From positions 13,190 to 77,189 of the forward strand of contig JAGCUA010000039.1 in NCBI GenBank assembly GCA_017963125.1: DNA of 64,000 nucleotides, given 5' to 3'. A model generated the notes under the pieces. That model ran no database searches and was not told the DNA's origin. It was given only the letters and a program-made list of their open reading frames with translations. Numbering within the stretch: the stretch's first letter is position 1; each line of letters opens with the position of its first letter. Both the position numbers and the translations under genes were made by a program. This DNA is from a bacterium. Lineage in GTDB: Bacteria; UBP6; UBA1177. Below, in pieces: positions 36,965 to 45,601 of the stretch.

Positions 36965-38957
36965 GTCACCTTATTTTTTATATTTCGTTATTTTTTTCGC
37001 GATAGCCATGTCTTCTGCCGGCTGGCACATCATGATAAAGGGAAGGGGACTGCCGCAGAATCTATGGCTATTTTTTGTTATGATGTCGAATGTTTTTATT
37101 TTTTCATCTGCGGCTGCTGTCTATTTTCCGTTTTCCAAAGTCTATTTTTTTGTTGCGCAGCTTTGTTTCGTAATATTTTCAACACTTTATATTTATTCGT
37201 TCCCGCATGCCGTGCTTCCGAACATAATATGGATGACAACTATAGCACTGTCTGTTGCTTTTATGGTCGTTATGTTTATTTATATGAAGACGCGGCTCTA
37301 TCTTGTCTACCTGATCCTCCCGCTTTCCGCACTTGTTCTTGATATTCCGATAATATTAAGGAAAATCAAATACTTGAATGCGAATGTCAAAAAATTTGTC
37401 CTTCTAAATATTTCAGCGATGGCGCTGCTTTCGCTTCTTGTTCCGTCCGCATCAGCTTTATCGGTCATCTCTTTCAATTCGCTCTATTTCAATGTGGCCG
37501 CAATGATTCTTTCGACTCTTTTCATTGTTTGCTTCGGTATTTTTGTAATGATGAACCAGCAGTCGTCAACAGGGATCAACAGGATAAATTTCTGGCTTAT
37601 GATATTTTTTGCCATTCCGGCATCTTTTTTGGTCAACTTTTTATTTTCATTGAGATTTTTGTTGACACGTGCTTTCGGCGGTGCAAACTTTTCGCTTATC
37701 GTGCTGTGCGCTCTGTTCACGATTTTCATGCTTGTCGGGGTCGCGATTTCATATTTTTCGTCATCGGTCGAGAGTTTCATCCACAAAAGCCGTAACTACT
37801 ATCAGACCTATCTGAACAAGTTCCGTCTCGAGATAGAAGACATCACGGAGCCGCCGCTTCTCTTCGACAGATTCTACGGATGCGTGAGGGAGTGGTTCCA
37901 CGAAGTCAGGGAGATAAAGTATGTTTATCTTGACGATCTTCTCTGGCAGGGGAGCCGTATGCCGGCCGAACTTTACGACGGGAACGATGACTTCCAGCCG
38001 CTTCTCAGCGAGCAGTTCCTTCTGCATGAAACCTATGTATCAAGGGATTTCGCGCTGATTTCGGTTCCTACGCTCGAAGATTTTGTCAAAAAAACAGGCG
38101 GAGATTTTTTCATTCCGGTCATTTATCACAACGAACTTTCAGGTTTTTTTGTCATAAATTCGAGAAACATTTCGCACAACGCGATGCTCTGTATCTGCAA
38201 CCTTGTCGAAATGGCGCTCAACAAATTCGAAAAGATCGCGCTTTTCGCCGCTGTTATAGAAACAGAGAAAAAAGTCGAAATGCTCAAACATTTCAAGGAA
38301 GTCGACAAGATGCTGTCGTTTGTTGCCCACGAGCTGCGTTCTCCTATGACTTCGATAATGTTCAACATCGAAGTTGTGAAGGATGCCATCGACAGAAAAA
38401 AGGATGTCGATACGGAATATCTCGATATTTCGCTCAAAGAGCTGAAACGCCTCAACGATACGATCGAAAAAATGCTCATCTACGGAAGAAACATCAAACT
38501 TGACCCGAAACCATACAATTTCAGATCGTTTTTTGCTGAAATGAAGCAGTTTTTCAGTTATGCCGACCGCACGGTCAACTTTACCGACCAGACTGGAGGA
38601 AAGGAATTCCTGTTCGACTGGGACGTACTGAAAAACGTTTTCGTGAACCTTGTGAACAACAGTCTGCAGGCGCTTGAAAAAACCGACAGAGTAGGGCGGG
38701 TCAAGGTTTCAGTCGCCAAGAAGAAGAAAAAACTTCTGATCGAAGTCTCCGACAACGGTCCCGGCATACCGCCAGAACACAAGGATTCGATCTTCGAGCC
38801 GTTTTATACGACGAAAAAGAACGGAAACGGTCTAGGACTTGCGACATGCGAGAAAATCGTGAAACTTTCCGGCGGTTCGATCGTTCTCTGGGACACCTCT
38901 CCGGCAGGAACTGTTTTTCACATCACATTCCCGATAGAATCGGTGAGTGTAAAATAA
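36957..38957 (+). CDS. Multi-TM sensor histidine kinase
   Basis: About 8 N-terminal TM helices. FVAHELRSPMTSI H-box. NLVNNSLQAL N-box. DNGPGIP and GNGLGLATCEKIV G-boxes. ATGTCTGA overlap with the regulator stop. Confidence 0.85.
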   Translation: MSESPYFLYFVIFFAIAMSSAGWHIMIKGRGLPQNLWLFFVMMSNVFIFSSAAAVYFPFSKVYFFVAQLCFVIFSTLYIYSFPHAVLPNIIWMTTIALSVAFMVVMFIYMKTRLYLVYLILPLSALVLDIPIILRKIKYLNANVKKFVLLNISAMALLSLLVPSASALSVISFNSLYFNVAAMILSTLFIVCFGIFVMMNQQSSTGINRINFWLMIFFAIPASFLVNFLFSLRFLLTRAFGGANFSLIVLCALFTIFMLVGVAISYFSSSVESFIHKSRNYYQTYLNKFRLEIEDITEPPLLFDRFYGCVREWFHEVREIKYVYLDDLLWQGSRMPAELYDGNDDFQPLLSEQFLLHETYVSRDFALISVPTLEDFVKKTGGDFFIPVIYHNELSGFFVINSRNISHNAMLCICNLVEMALNKFEKIALFAAVIETEKKVEMLKHFKEVDKMLSFVAHELRSPMTSIMFNIEVVKDAIDRKKDVDTEYLDISLKELKRLNDTIEKMLIYGRNIKLDPKPYNFRSFFAEMKQFFSYADRTVNFTDQTGGKEFLFDWDVLKNVFVNLVNNSLQALEKTDRVGRVKVSVAKKKKKLLIEVSDNGPGIPPEHKDSIFEPFYTTKKNGNGLGLATCEKIVKLSGGSIVLWDTSPAGTVFHITFPIESVSVK

Positions 38958-38970
38958 CAATGCCGTTTAT

Positions 38971-38999
38971 TTGACTTATACAAATTCAATAATTAAAAT
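38971..38999 (+). promoter_or_regulatory. Sigma70-type promoter candidate
   Basis: TTGACT, 17-nt spacer, TAAAAT. About 37 nt upstream of the ATG at 39036. Confidence 0.4.
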
Positions 39000-39035
39000 A
39001 ACAACAGAATTTTTTTGTTTTTTGCGGGAATTTAG

Positions 39036-40943
39036 ATGGAAGAAAATAATTCAACTTATAAGCTGCCGAGATTATTCGGAAAATACTATCTTTTGGAACT
39101 GATAAACGTCGGCGGTATGGCCGAAGTCTTCAAAGCGAAGATGTTCGGAGTCGAAGGTTTTGAGAAGATCGTCGCGATAAAACGTATCCTGCCGGAAGTT
39201 GCCGAAGACGCCGAATTTATCAAAATGTTCGTCGATGAGGCGAAGATCGCGGTAAAACTCCAGCATCCGAATGTCGTTCAGATCTTTGAACTCGGAAAGA
39301 TCGAGGATTCATACTTTATCGCGATGGAGCTTATCAACGGAAAGGATCTCAAAACTATCCGCAAAAGACTGAAAAGAGTCGATCTTCTTATGCCGGTCGA
39401 GCAGAGCGCATATATTATTTCCCAGGTCTGCGACGGTCTTGACTACGCGCACCGCAAGACTGATGAAAAAATGAATCCGCTCAACATCGTTCACCGCGAT
39501 ATTTCTCCGCAGAATATGATCGTTTCATACGAAGGCACGGTAAAACTCATCGACTTCGGTATTGCGAAAGCGAAGAGCAAATCGACGAAGACACAGGTCG
39601 GAATGCTGAAAGGAAAGTTCAGCTATATGTCGCCGGAACAGGTCAGCGGCCAGCCGATCGACAGACGAAGCGATATTTTCTCGCTCGGCGTCGTATTTTT
39701 TGAAATGCTCACCGGAAAGCGTCTTTTCCTCGGCAAGAACGATGTCGAAACGCTTGAAAAGATCAGAAAGGCGGAAGTCCTGCCTCCGAGCGTTTTCAAC
39801 AGTGCTGTTCCGCCGGAACTCGACAGGATCGTGCTCAAAGCACTTGCTAAAGACAGAGAAGACCGTTACCAGTGGGCGAGCGAGTTCTCTGAAGACCTCA
39901 AGAAGTTCAGCTATGCGAGCGGAAAAAGTTTCTCCCGTCAGGATATGATGAACTTTATGAGCGAGTTCTTCGCAGATGAACTTGAAGAAGAGACGGCGAA
40001 GCTCGAGGAATACCACAAAATCAAAAAACCTGCCGAGATGCCGCTCCGAGAAGCTGCACAAACTGAACGCAGGGATTCGACTTCGGTTGAAGACGAAAAA
40101 TCGGTCATTCATAAAAGTTCGTCGCCTAAAAAACTCATGCTTGTTTTTGCAGCAGTTCTTATCGTTCTCGGTTTTGCGGTCGCTCTGCTGCTCGTTCTCG
40201 GCGGAAGCAAGAAGGATGCTGCGTCTCTCATCGTAGATTCAAACGAAAAGAAGACGATAGTTGTCGTTGACGAAAATACGATGTACCAGAAGCGCTGTGA
40301 AACTCCGTGCGTGATCGACGGTCTTCTTGCCGGCCAGCATGAAATTTCGTTCTCGAAAAACGGTTTCGTTGATGTGAAGGAGAGTATTTTCCTCAGCAAG
40401 GGCGAGCCGCTTGAGAAATTCGTAAAAATGTACCGCATCGGCGAGCAGAAAACGATGATAACAGTCAAATCCGATCCGGACGGAGCAGTTTTATATATCA
40501 ACGACAAAAAGGTCCAGGCTGCAACTCCGACGATCGTCAACGATATTCCGGTCGGTCTTGACATAATCGTAAGAGTTGAAAAACACGGATACTTCCCGTA
40601 TGAAGAGAATATCGGTAAAGTGCCTGCCAACATGAACAAAGAGGTCAGCGTAATCCTTAAACCGATGAAGAACGCACCTGCACAGTCTAAGTCGAAGAAG
40701 TCGGAATCAAAATCGGTCGTTGAATCGGGAGAACCTGCATTCCTCACGATAAACAGCATGCCGTGGGCGAATATCTACATCAACGGCAAACTTATCGGTG
40801 CGACTCCTATATCAAAGCACAAACTTCCTGCCGGAGAGTACAAGATCCAGTTCAAAAATCCGAAATCCAAGATCGACAAGACCATTCCTGTCGAGCTTAA
40901 GCCAGGTGAAACCAAAAGACTGATCGAAAAATTCGATTACTGA
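39036..40943 (+). CDS. Hanks-type Ser/Thr protein kinase with TM and PEGA-domain C-terminal region
   Basis: GGMAEVFKA, VAIKR, HRDISPQNMIV, DFGIAK and SYMSPEQ. TM LMLVFAAVLIVLGFAVALLLVLG. PEGA-like VKSDPDGAVLYINDKKV and LTINSMPWANIYINGKLIGATP. Confidence 0.85.
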   Translation: MEENNSTYKLPRLFGKYYLLELINVGGMAEVFKAKMFGVEGFEKIVAIKRILPEVAEDAEFIKMFVDEAKIAVKLQHPNVVQIFELGKIEDSYFIAMELINGKDLKTIRKRLKRVDLLMPVEQSAYIISQVCDGLDYAHRKTDEKMNPLNIVHRDISPQNMIVSYEGTVKLIDFGIAKAKSKSTKTQVGMLKGKFSYMSPEQVSGQPIDRRSDIFSLGVVFFEMLTGKRLFLGKNDVETLEKIRKAEVLPPSVFNSAVPPELDRIVLKALAKDREDRYQWASEFSEDLKKFSYASGKSFSRQDMMNFMSEFFADELEEETAKLEEYHKIKKPAEMPLREAAQTERRDSTSVEDEKSVIHKSSSPKKLMLVFAAVLIVLGFAVALLLVLGGSKKDAASLIVDSNEKKTIVVVDENTMYQKRCETPCVIDGLLAGQHEISFSKNGFVDVKESIFLSKGEPLEKFVKMYRIGEQKTMITVKSDPDGAVLYINDKKVQAATPTIVNDIPVGLDIIVRVEKHGYFPYEENIGKVPANMNKEVSVILKPMKNAPAQSKSKKSESKSVVESGEPAFLTINSMPWANIYINGKLIGATPISKHKLPAGEYKIQFKNPKSKIDKTIPVELKPGETKRLIEKFDY

Positions 40944-40972
40944 TTAAATCGTGATCCCGTTTGATTTATTGG

Positions 40973-40991
40973 AGACGTTTGAAACGTCTCT
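40973..40991. terminator. Bidirectional hairpin between the convergent kinase gene and mltG
   Basis: GAGACGTTT-G-AAACGTCTC followed by TACGTTTTT. Same core as 17978 and 20087. Confidence 0.5.
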
Positions 40992-41003
40992 ACGTTTTTG
41001 ATT

Positions 41004-42035
41004 TCAATACACGAACTTGTCGCGTCTGCCTTTGACCTGATAGTGATCAACTGCCGCGTTGTGCTCTTTGAGCGTCTTTGAAAAATAGTGATAGCCTTTT
41101 CCTGTTGCGACGAAATAGAGATAGTTCGTGCTGTCGGGATGAAGAACGCTTTTTATTGCTCCCTCGCCTGGAAAGCAGAGAGGAGTCGCCGGATATCCGT
41201 AGCGGGTGTAGGTGTTCCACGGATGGTCGGTAAGAAGATCCTTTTTGGTGAGATTACCGTTGAATTTAGGCAGAAGTCCGTAAATTACCGAAGGATCGGT
41301 CTGCATTTTCATTCCGATTTTTTTTCTGTTCAGGAAAACGGATGCGATTTTCGGCTGTTCAGCTTTTGCGCCGGTCTCTTTTTCGACGATAGACGCGAGC
41401 TTGAGCATCTCATAGACATCCATGCCCGATTTTTCAATGTCGTTTTCATATTTTTTGAGTGTTTCCTTCATCTGAGCTGCCATTTTTTTCATGACCGCTA
41501 TGATGTCGCTGCCGCGCGGAAAGCTGTAGGTCGACGGGAAGAGGAGCCCTTCGCAGCTTGTTTTGCTTTTCGCTCCGATCGAGGCAAGAAAGTTTTTGTC
41601 GTGGCAGACTTCGAGGAATTTGTTGTTCCCGTTCATCCATTCAAGATTTTTGAAGACTGCGGATGCGTCGTATTTGTTGTATCCTTCGGGAATAGTGAAT
41701 GAGTAGAGTTTTACTTTTCCGCTCATGATTTTCTTTGCTGCTTCCTCGGGATCCATTTCGCCTGAAAATTCGAATTCGCCGGTTTTGAGCGATTTGCCGA
41801 AATCTTTCTCCTTGATCATCCACATAAATTGTTTTGCATCGGTAATTACTTTTGCTTCTGCAAGTTTTTTCGCCGCACTGTTCCATGTGTTGCCTTTTTC
41901 GATAACGACTGTTGTTCCTGCAGGGACTTCGATCTTCGTCGTTTTGAAAGCCTGATAGCCGCTGTAGATCGAATAACATTTGAAAAGTGCGACGGCAACT
42001 GCGATAAGAAAGACTGTCAGAATGATCTTTTTCAT
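41004..42035 (-). CDS. mltG: Endolytic murein transglycosylase MltG (YceG family)
   Basis: N-terminal TM. LASIVEKETG, ASVFLNR, LQTDPSVIYG, NTY and GLPPTP-like YPATPLCFPG motifs. Confidence 0.85.
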   Translation of the reverse strand: MKKIILTVFLIAVAVALFKCYSIYSGYQAFKTTKIEVPAGTTVVIEKGNTWNSAAKKLAEAKVITDAKQFMWMIKEKDFGKSLKTGEFEFSGEMDPEEAAKKIMSGKVKLYSFTIPEGYNKYDASAVFKNLEWMNGNNKFLEVCHDKNFLASIGAKSKTSCEGLLFPSTYSFPRGSDIIAVMKKMAAQMKETLKKYENDIEKSGMDVYEMLKLASIVEKETGAKAEQPKIASVFLNRKKIGMKMQTDPSVIYGLLPKFNGNLTKKDLLTDHPWNTYTRYGYPATPLCFPGEGAIKSVLHPDSTNYLYFVATGKGYHYFSKTLKEHNAAVDHYQVKGRRDKFVY

Positions 42036-42037
42036 GT

Positions 42038-43411
42038 TTACCCCTTTGATTTAGGTTTCTTGAAGCTGTGTCTGTAAACGATTTTCACAGGTACACCTTC
42101 GTATGGAAAGGTCTCGTAAAATTTGTTGAGCAGGTATCTGTCGTATGAAAAATGGATGTCGTTCGGTGCGCTTACTTTGATTACAACGGTAAGCGGCGAA
42201 GTCTGTTCCATTGTTATCCCGTTGAAGTGGATCATCTTGTTGCGTCTTGTGAGCGGCGGCGGATTTTTTGAGAGAACGGCCGAAAGCCACTCTTCCAGAG
42301 TTTCGTCGTCAATCATCTTGCGGTAGTTTTCGTGCACTGCAAGCACTTTTTCAAGCAGTTTCTGAACGCGCATGCCTTGCATTGCCGAGATCGAAATTAT
42401 CGGCGCATACGGCGCGAATTTGATCCTGTCACGCAGATCCTGAACGATTTTTTCGTAAGTTCCAGTCTCTTTTTCGATAAGATCCCACTTGTTTATGACG
42501 ATGATTATTCCTTTGCCTTTGTCGTGCGCAAGTCCAAGAATGCGGAGATCCTGATCTGTTGCAAGTTCCTGAGCGTCCATCATGAAAATGACGATGTCTG
42601 AGCGATCGACCGAGTGGAAAGCACGGACGATAGCCGCTTTTTCCATGAGCATTTCGATTTTTTTCTTCCGCCTGATTCCCGCCGTATCTATCAGACGAAG
42701 CGTCTTTCCCATATATTTCGCGGTCGAATCTATCGGATCCATCGTGGTTCCCGGGATCGGGCTCACGAGCATCTTGTCCTGACCGATGATTTTGTTGACG
42801 AGAGTCGATTTTCCGACATTCGGACGGCCGAAAATAGCGATTTTTATCTCTTCGGGAGCCGGCGGAAGTTTTTCGTTTATCTCTTTTTCAGTCCAGAAAT
42901 CCTTCGTTACATCGTCAAGCATGTCAAATACGCCGTAACCTGTTTTCCCCGATACGGGATAGACCATATCGGCGCCTGTTTCGTAAAATTCGGCAGATGC
43001 GATCTCTTTGTTTTCGGAATCGATTTTCGAAACTGCGAGCCACGAACGAAGCCCTTTCACGCGGATCAGGTGATAGATCTCGCGGTCGCTTCCGGTAAGT
43101 CCCGCCTCGCCGTCGCAGAGCATTATCACGCCGTCGACTTCATCGAGAACTTCATTTATCTGGTCTCTGATCCCTTTCGTTATCGCGTCGGTTTCGTCTT
43201 CGTCGATATGGAATCCGCCGGTATCGATTATCGTGAAAGGCTTGTCGTCGTAGATCAGATCCTGATAGTTGAGATCTCTCGTAACGCCCGGCATATCGTC
43301 GACGATAGCCGAATTTTTGTTCAGGATCTTGTTGAAAAGGGTCGATTTGCCGACATTGGGACGGCCGATTATGGCAATCAGCGGCTTGACGTTGTTGATG
43401 ATTCTGCTCAT
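42038..43411 (-). CDS. der: Ribosome-associated GTPase Der (EngA), tandem G domains plus KH-like domain
   Basis: Two P-loops (GRPNVGKST twice), DTGG and DTAG, NKxD motifs. Confidence 0.95.
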   Translation of the reverse strand: MSRIINNVKPLIAIIGRPNVGKSTLFNKILNKNSAIVDDMPGVTRDLNYQDLIYDDKPFTIIDTGGFHIDEDETDAITKGIRDQINEVLDEVDGVIMLCDGEAGLTGSDREIYHLIRVKGLRSWLAVSKIDSENKEIASAEFYETGADMVYPVSGKTGYGVFDMLDDVTKDFWTEKEINEKLPPAPEEIKIAIFGRPNVGKSTLVNKIIGQDKMLVSPIPGTTMDPIDSTAKYMGKTLRLIDTAGIRRKKKIEMLMEKAAIVRAFHSVDRSDIVIFMMDAQELATDQDLRILGLAHDKGKGIIIVINKWDLIEKETGTYEKIVQDLRDRIKFAPYAPIISISAMQGMRVQKLLEKVLAVHENYRKMIDDETLEEWLSAVLSKNPPPLTRRNKMIHFNGITMEQTSPLTVVIKVSAPNDIHFSYDRYLLNKFYETFPYEGVPVKIVYRHSFKKPKSKG

Positions 43412-43713
43412 TTTTTTCCGCTCCGTTTTTTAGGCTTGAAAGTGATCGTGATTTCAAGATTTTCGAGTGTTTCGGCAAGCAGTTTTGCCTTATCCGTCTT
43501 GTCGATCTGATCTCTGATTTCCTTGCGGATCTGTTCCGAAACGGCGTTCGTTATCTCGTTTTTGAGTTTGCTTCCCTGTTCGAGAAGCTGGTGCGATATT
43601 TCTGCCGCCAGCTGCTTCGTGAAAGTGAGGTCGAAATTTTTGTTCACCGCATCGATGATTTCGTTCGAGAACGGCACTTTTTCGAGAAATTTGTCAACAA
43701 TTTTTCCAGCCAT
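43408..43713 (-). CDS. Hypothetical small helical protein (101 aa)
   Basis: ORF overlaps der by 4 nt and folK by 20 nt, so it is in an operon context. No motif recognised. Confidence 0.45.
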   Translation of the reverse strand: MAGKIVDKFLEKVPFSNEIIDAVNKNFDLTFTKQLAAEISHQLLEQGSKLKNEITNAVSEQIRKEIRDQIDKTDKAKLLAETLENLEITITFKPKKRSGKK

Positions 43714-44227
43714 AGTCTTCTCCTTCTATTTTGAAAGGACACAGTTTTTCTATTTTCTGACCGGCGAAACGCTCCTGTTCCGTTTCGAGAATGTGGTCCA
43801 GACGCGACTTCTCGCTGCCGAAACACCCTGCACTTCCGATGATTTCAAGCGTCGGAAATATTACGAAAAGCCTGTTTTCAGCCTCTTTGTGCGGGATAGT
43901 CAGGTCGGACGATTCAAAGCCTCCTTTTTCCCAGAAAATAATATCCAAATCGATGTTCCGCGGCCCTTTTTCGATAGTTTTGACTCTTCCCATTTCACAC
44001 TCTATCTCCTTGAGTTTTTCAAGCAGAGACTGCGGTTCAAGCGACGTTTCGACGATGAGTGACATATTGAGGAAGTCGTTCTGGTAAACATAATCGACCG
44101 GCGAAGTTGCATAGACGCTCGAGCAGTCGTCGACAAAAACCGACTTCTCTTCGAGTTTTGTTATAGCCGTTTTCAGATTTTTCATCGGATCGCCGAGATT
44201 GGAGCCCAAGGAAAGAAGATATTTCAT
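43694..44227 (-). CDS. folK: 2-amino-4-hydroxy-6-hydroxymethyldihydropteridine diphosphokinase
   Basis: YLLSLGSNLGD start, GPRNIDLDIIFW and IPH motifs. Confidence 0.85.
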   Translation of the reverse strand: MKYLLSLGSNLGDPMKNLKTAITKLEEKSVFVDDCSSVYATSPVDYVYQNDFLNMSLIVETSLEPQSLLEKLKEIECEMGRVKTIEKGPRNIDLDIIFWEKGGFESSDLTIPHKEAENRLFVIFPTLEIIGSAGCFGSEKSRLDHILETEQERFAGQKIEKLCPFKIEGEDYGWKNC

Positions 44228-44242
44228 TTGCAGATCTTTTTG

Positions 44243-45103
44243 TTATTTTCCGATGTAAAGGTTGTCTATAAGCCTTGTCGTGCCGACATAGACCGCCGTA
44301 AAAATTCGGGAGTCTGCGGCAAGGTTTCCGCTTCTTTTGAGGTCTTTAGTGCTACGGATCTCGAAGTAGTCGATCTTTGATCCCGGGACAAGTTCCGAAA
44401 TCATTTTTTTCGCTTCGTTTTCAAGAGTTTCTACAGGAACAGTTTCATTTTTTGCGTGAAGCTTGTTCGCTTTTTCTTTAATAATATTCATGACTTTGTA
44501 AATATTGGGCGCGACTGCGAGTTCCGCTTCGGAAAGATAGCGGTTTCTCGAACTTTTCGCCAGTCCGCTCGCTTCCCTGACAGTCGGAACGCCGACGATC
44601 TCAATCGGAAAGTGGAGATCTTCGACCATTTTGCGGATGATAGTGAGCTGCTGATAGTCTTTTTCGCCGAAAAACGCGACATCGGGCTGCGCTATATTGA
44701 AAAGGATAGAGACGATCTGTGCGACGCCGTTGAAATGAATAGGTCTGCTTTTGCCGCAGAGGATCGAAGTCATCTCTTTGTCGACATTCAGCGTGACTAA
44801 CGGCTTTTCTGTGCCGTAAATAGTCTGGTTCGTCGGTAGGAAAACGTAGTCGGCACCCGCTTCTTCGCATTTTTTGAGATCCTCTTCCACTGTTCTCGGG
44901 TACTTTTCGTAATCTTCGTTCGGACCGAACTGAGTCGGGTTGACAAAGATCGAAACGATGGTCTGACCGCACTTTTCAACGCTTTTTCTGATGAGTGTGA
45001 GGTGCCCTTCGTGGAGCGCACCCATTGTCGGAACGAGGCCGAAAGTCGTTCTGCATTCGCGTCTCGCATTTCTTACTTCGCTTATTTCTCGTAAAACTTT
45101 CAT
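44243..45103 (-). CDS. panC: Pantoate-beta-alanine ligase
   Basis: VPTMGALHEGHL HIGH-like motif, SIFVNPTQF, FGEKDYQQ. Confidence 0.9.
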   Translation of the reverse strand: MKVLREISEVRNARRECRTTFGLVPTMGALHEGHLTLIRKSVEKCGQTIVSIFVNPTQFGPNEDYEKYPRTVEEDLKKCEEAGADYVFLPTNQTIYGTEKPLVTLNVDKEMTSILCGKSRPIHFNGVAQIVSILFNIAQPDVAFFGEKDYQQLTIIRKMVEDLHFPIEIVGVPTVREASGLAKSSRNRYLSEAELAVAPNIYKVMNIIKEKANKLHAKNETVPVETLENEAKKMISELVPGSKIDYFEIRSTKDLKRSGNLAADSRIFTAVYVGTTRLIDNLYIGK

Positions 45104-45178
45104 AATGAACTCCGATAGTTGATAAAAAAAACACGCGCTTATATCAAAAAGAATTTATGTTTTGAAGTTTTTTAGTGC

Positions 45179-45601
45179 TTACACGATCACGAAGCCGAGT
45201 TCGGCTGTGCAGACTGTTTCTCCGTTGATTTCGGCTCGGGCCGAGCCTCTGCCGATATTGTGCCGGAACGAAATGAGTTCGACGTAAAGTTCCAGAGTGT
45301 CGCCGGGAAGGACTTTTCTGCGGAATTTCGCGTTGTCGATAGAGGTGAAATAGACTTTTTTGCCGCGGTATTTCTCAATGCTCAGAATGAGGACTGCTCC
45401 GAGCTGAGCCATAGATTCGATGATGAGAACTCCCGGCATAACGGGCTCGTCAGGGAAGTGTCCGCGGAAAAAATCTTCGTTCCCTGTCAGGGTTTTAGTG
45501 CCTGACGCCGATTTTTCAGGCTCAACTATTTCGGCACAGTCGATCATTAAAAAAGGATCTCTGTGCGGAATGATTTTTATGATTTCTTCTTTGTTGAGCA
45601 T
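45179..45601 (-). CDS. fabZ: 3-hydroxyacyl-ACP dehydratase FabZ
   Basis: IPHRDPFLMID, FFRGHFP..PVMPGVLIIESMAQ hotdog-fold signature. Confidence 0.9.
   Translation of the reverse strand: MLNKEEIIKIIPHRDPFLMIDCAEIVEPEKSASGTKTLTGNEDFFRGHFPDEPVMPGVLIIESMAQLGAVLILSIEKYRGKKVYFTSIDNAKFRRKVLPGDTLELYVELISFRHNIGRGSARAEINGETVCTAELGFVIV

Noticed and set aside
43408-43713. 101-aa ORF between der and folK, as a possible toxin/antitoxin or regulatory peptide.
   Set aside because: It is kept as a low-confidence hypothetical CDS. It has no partner gene and no recognisable motif, and the overlaps simply indicate operon coupling.
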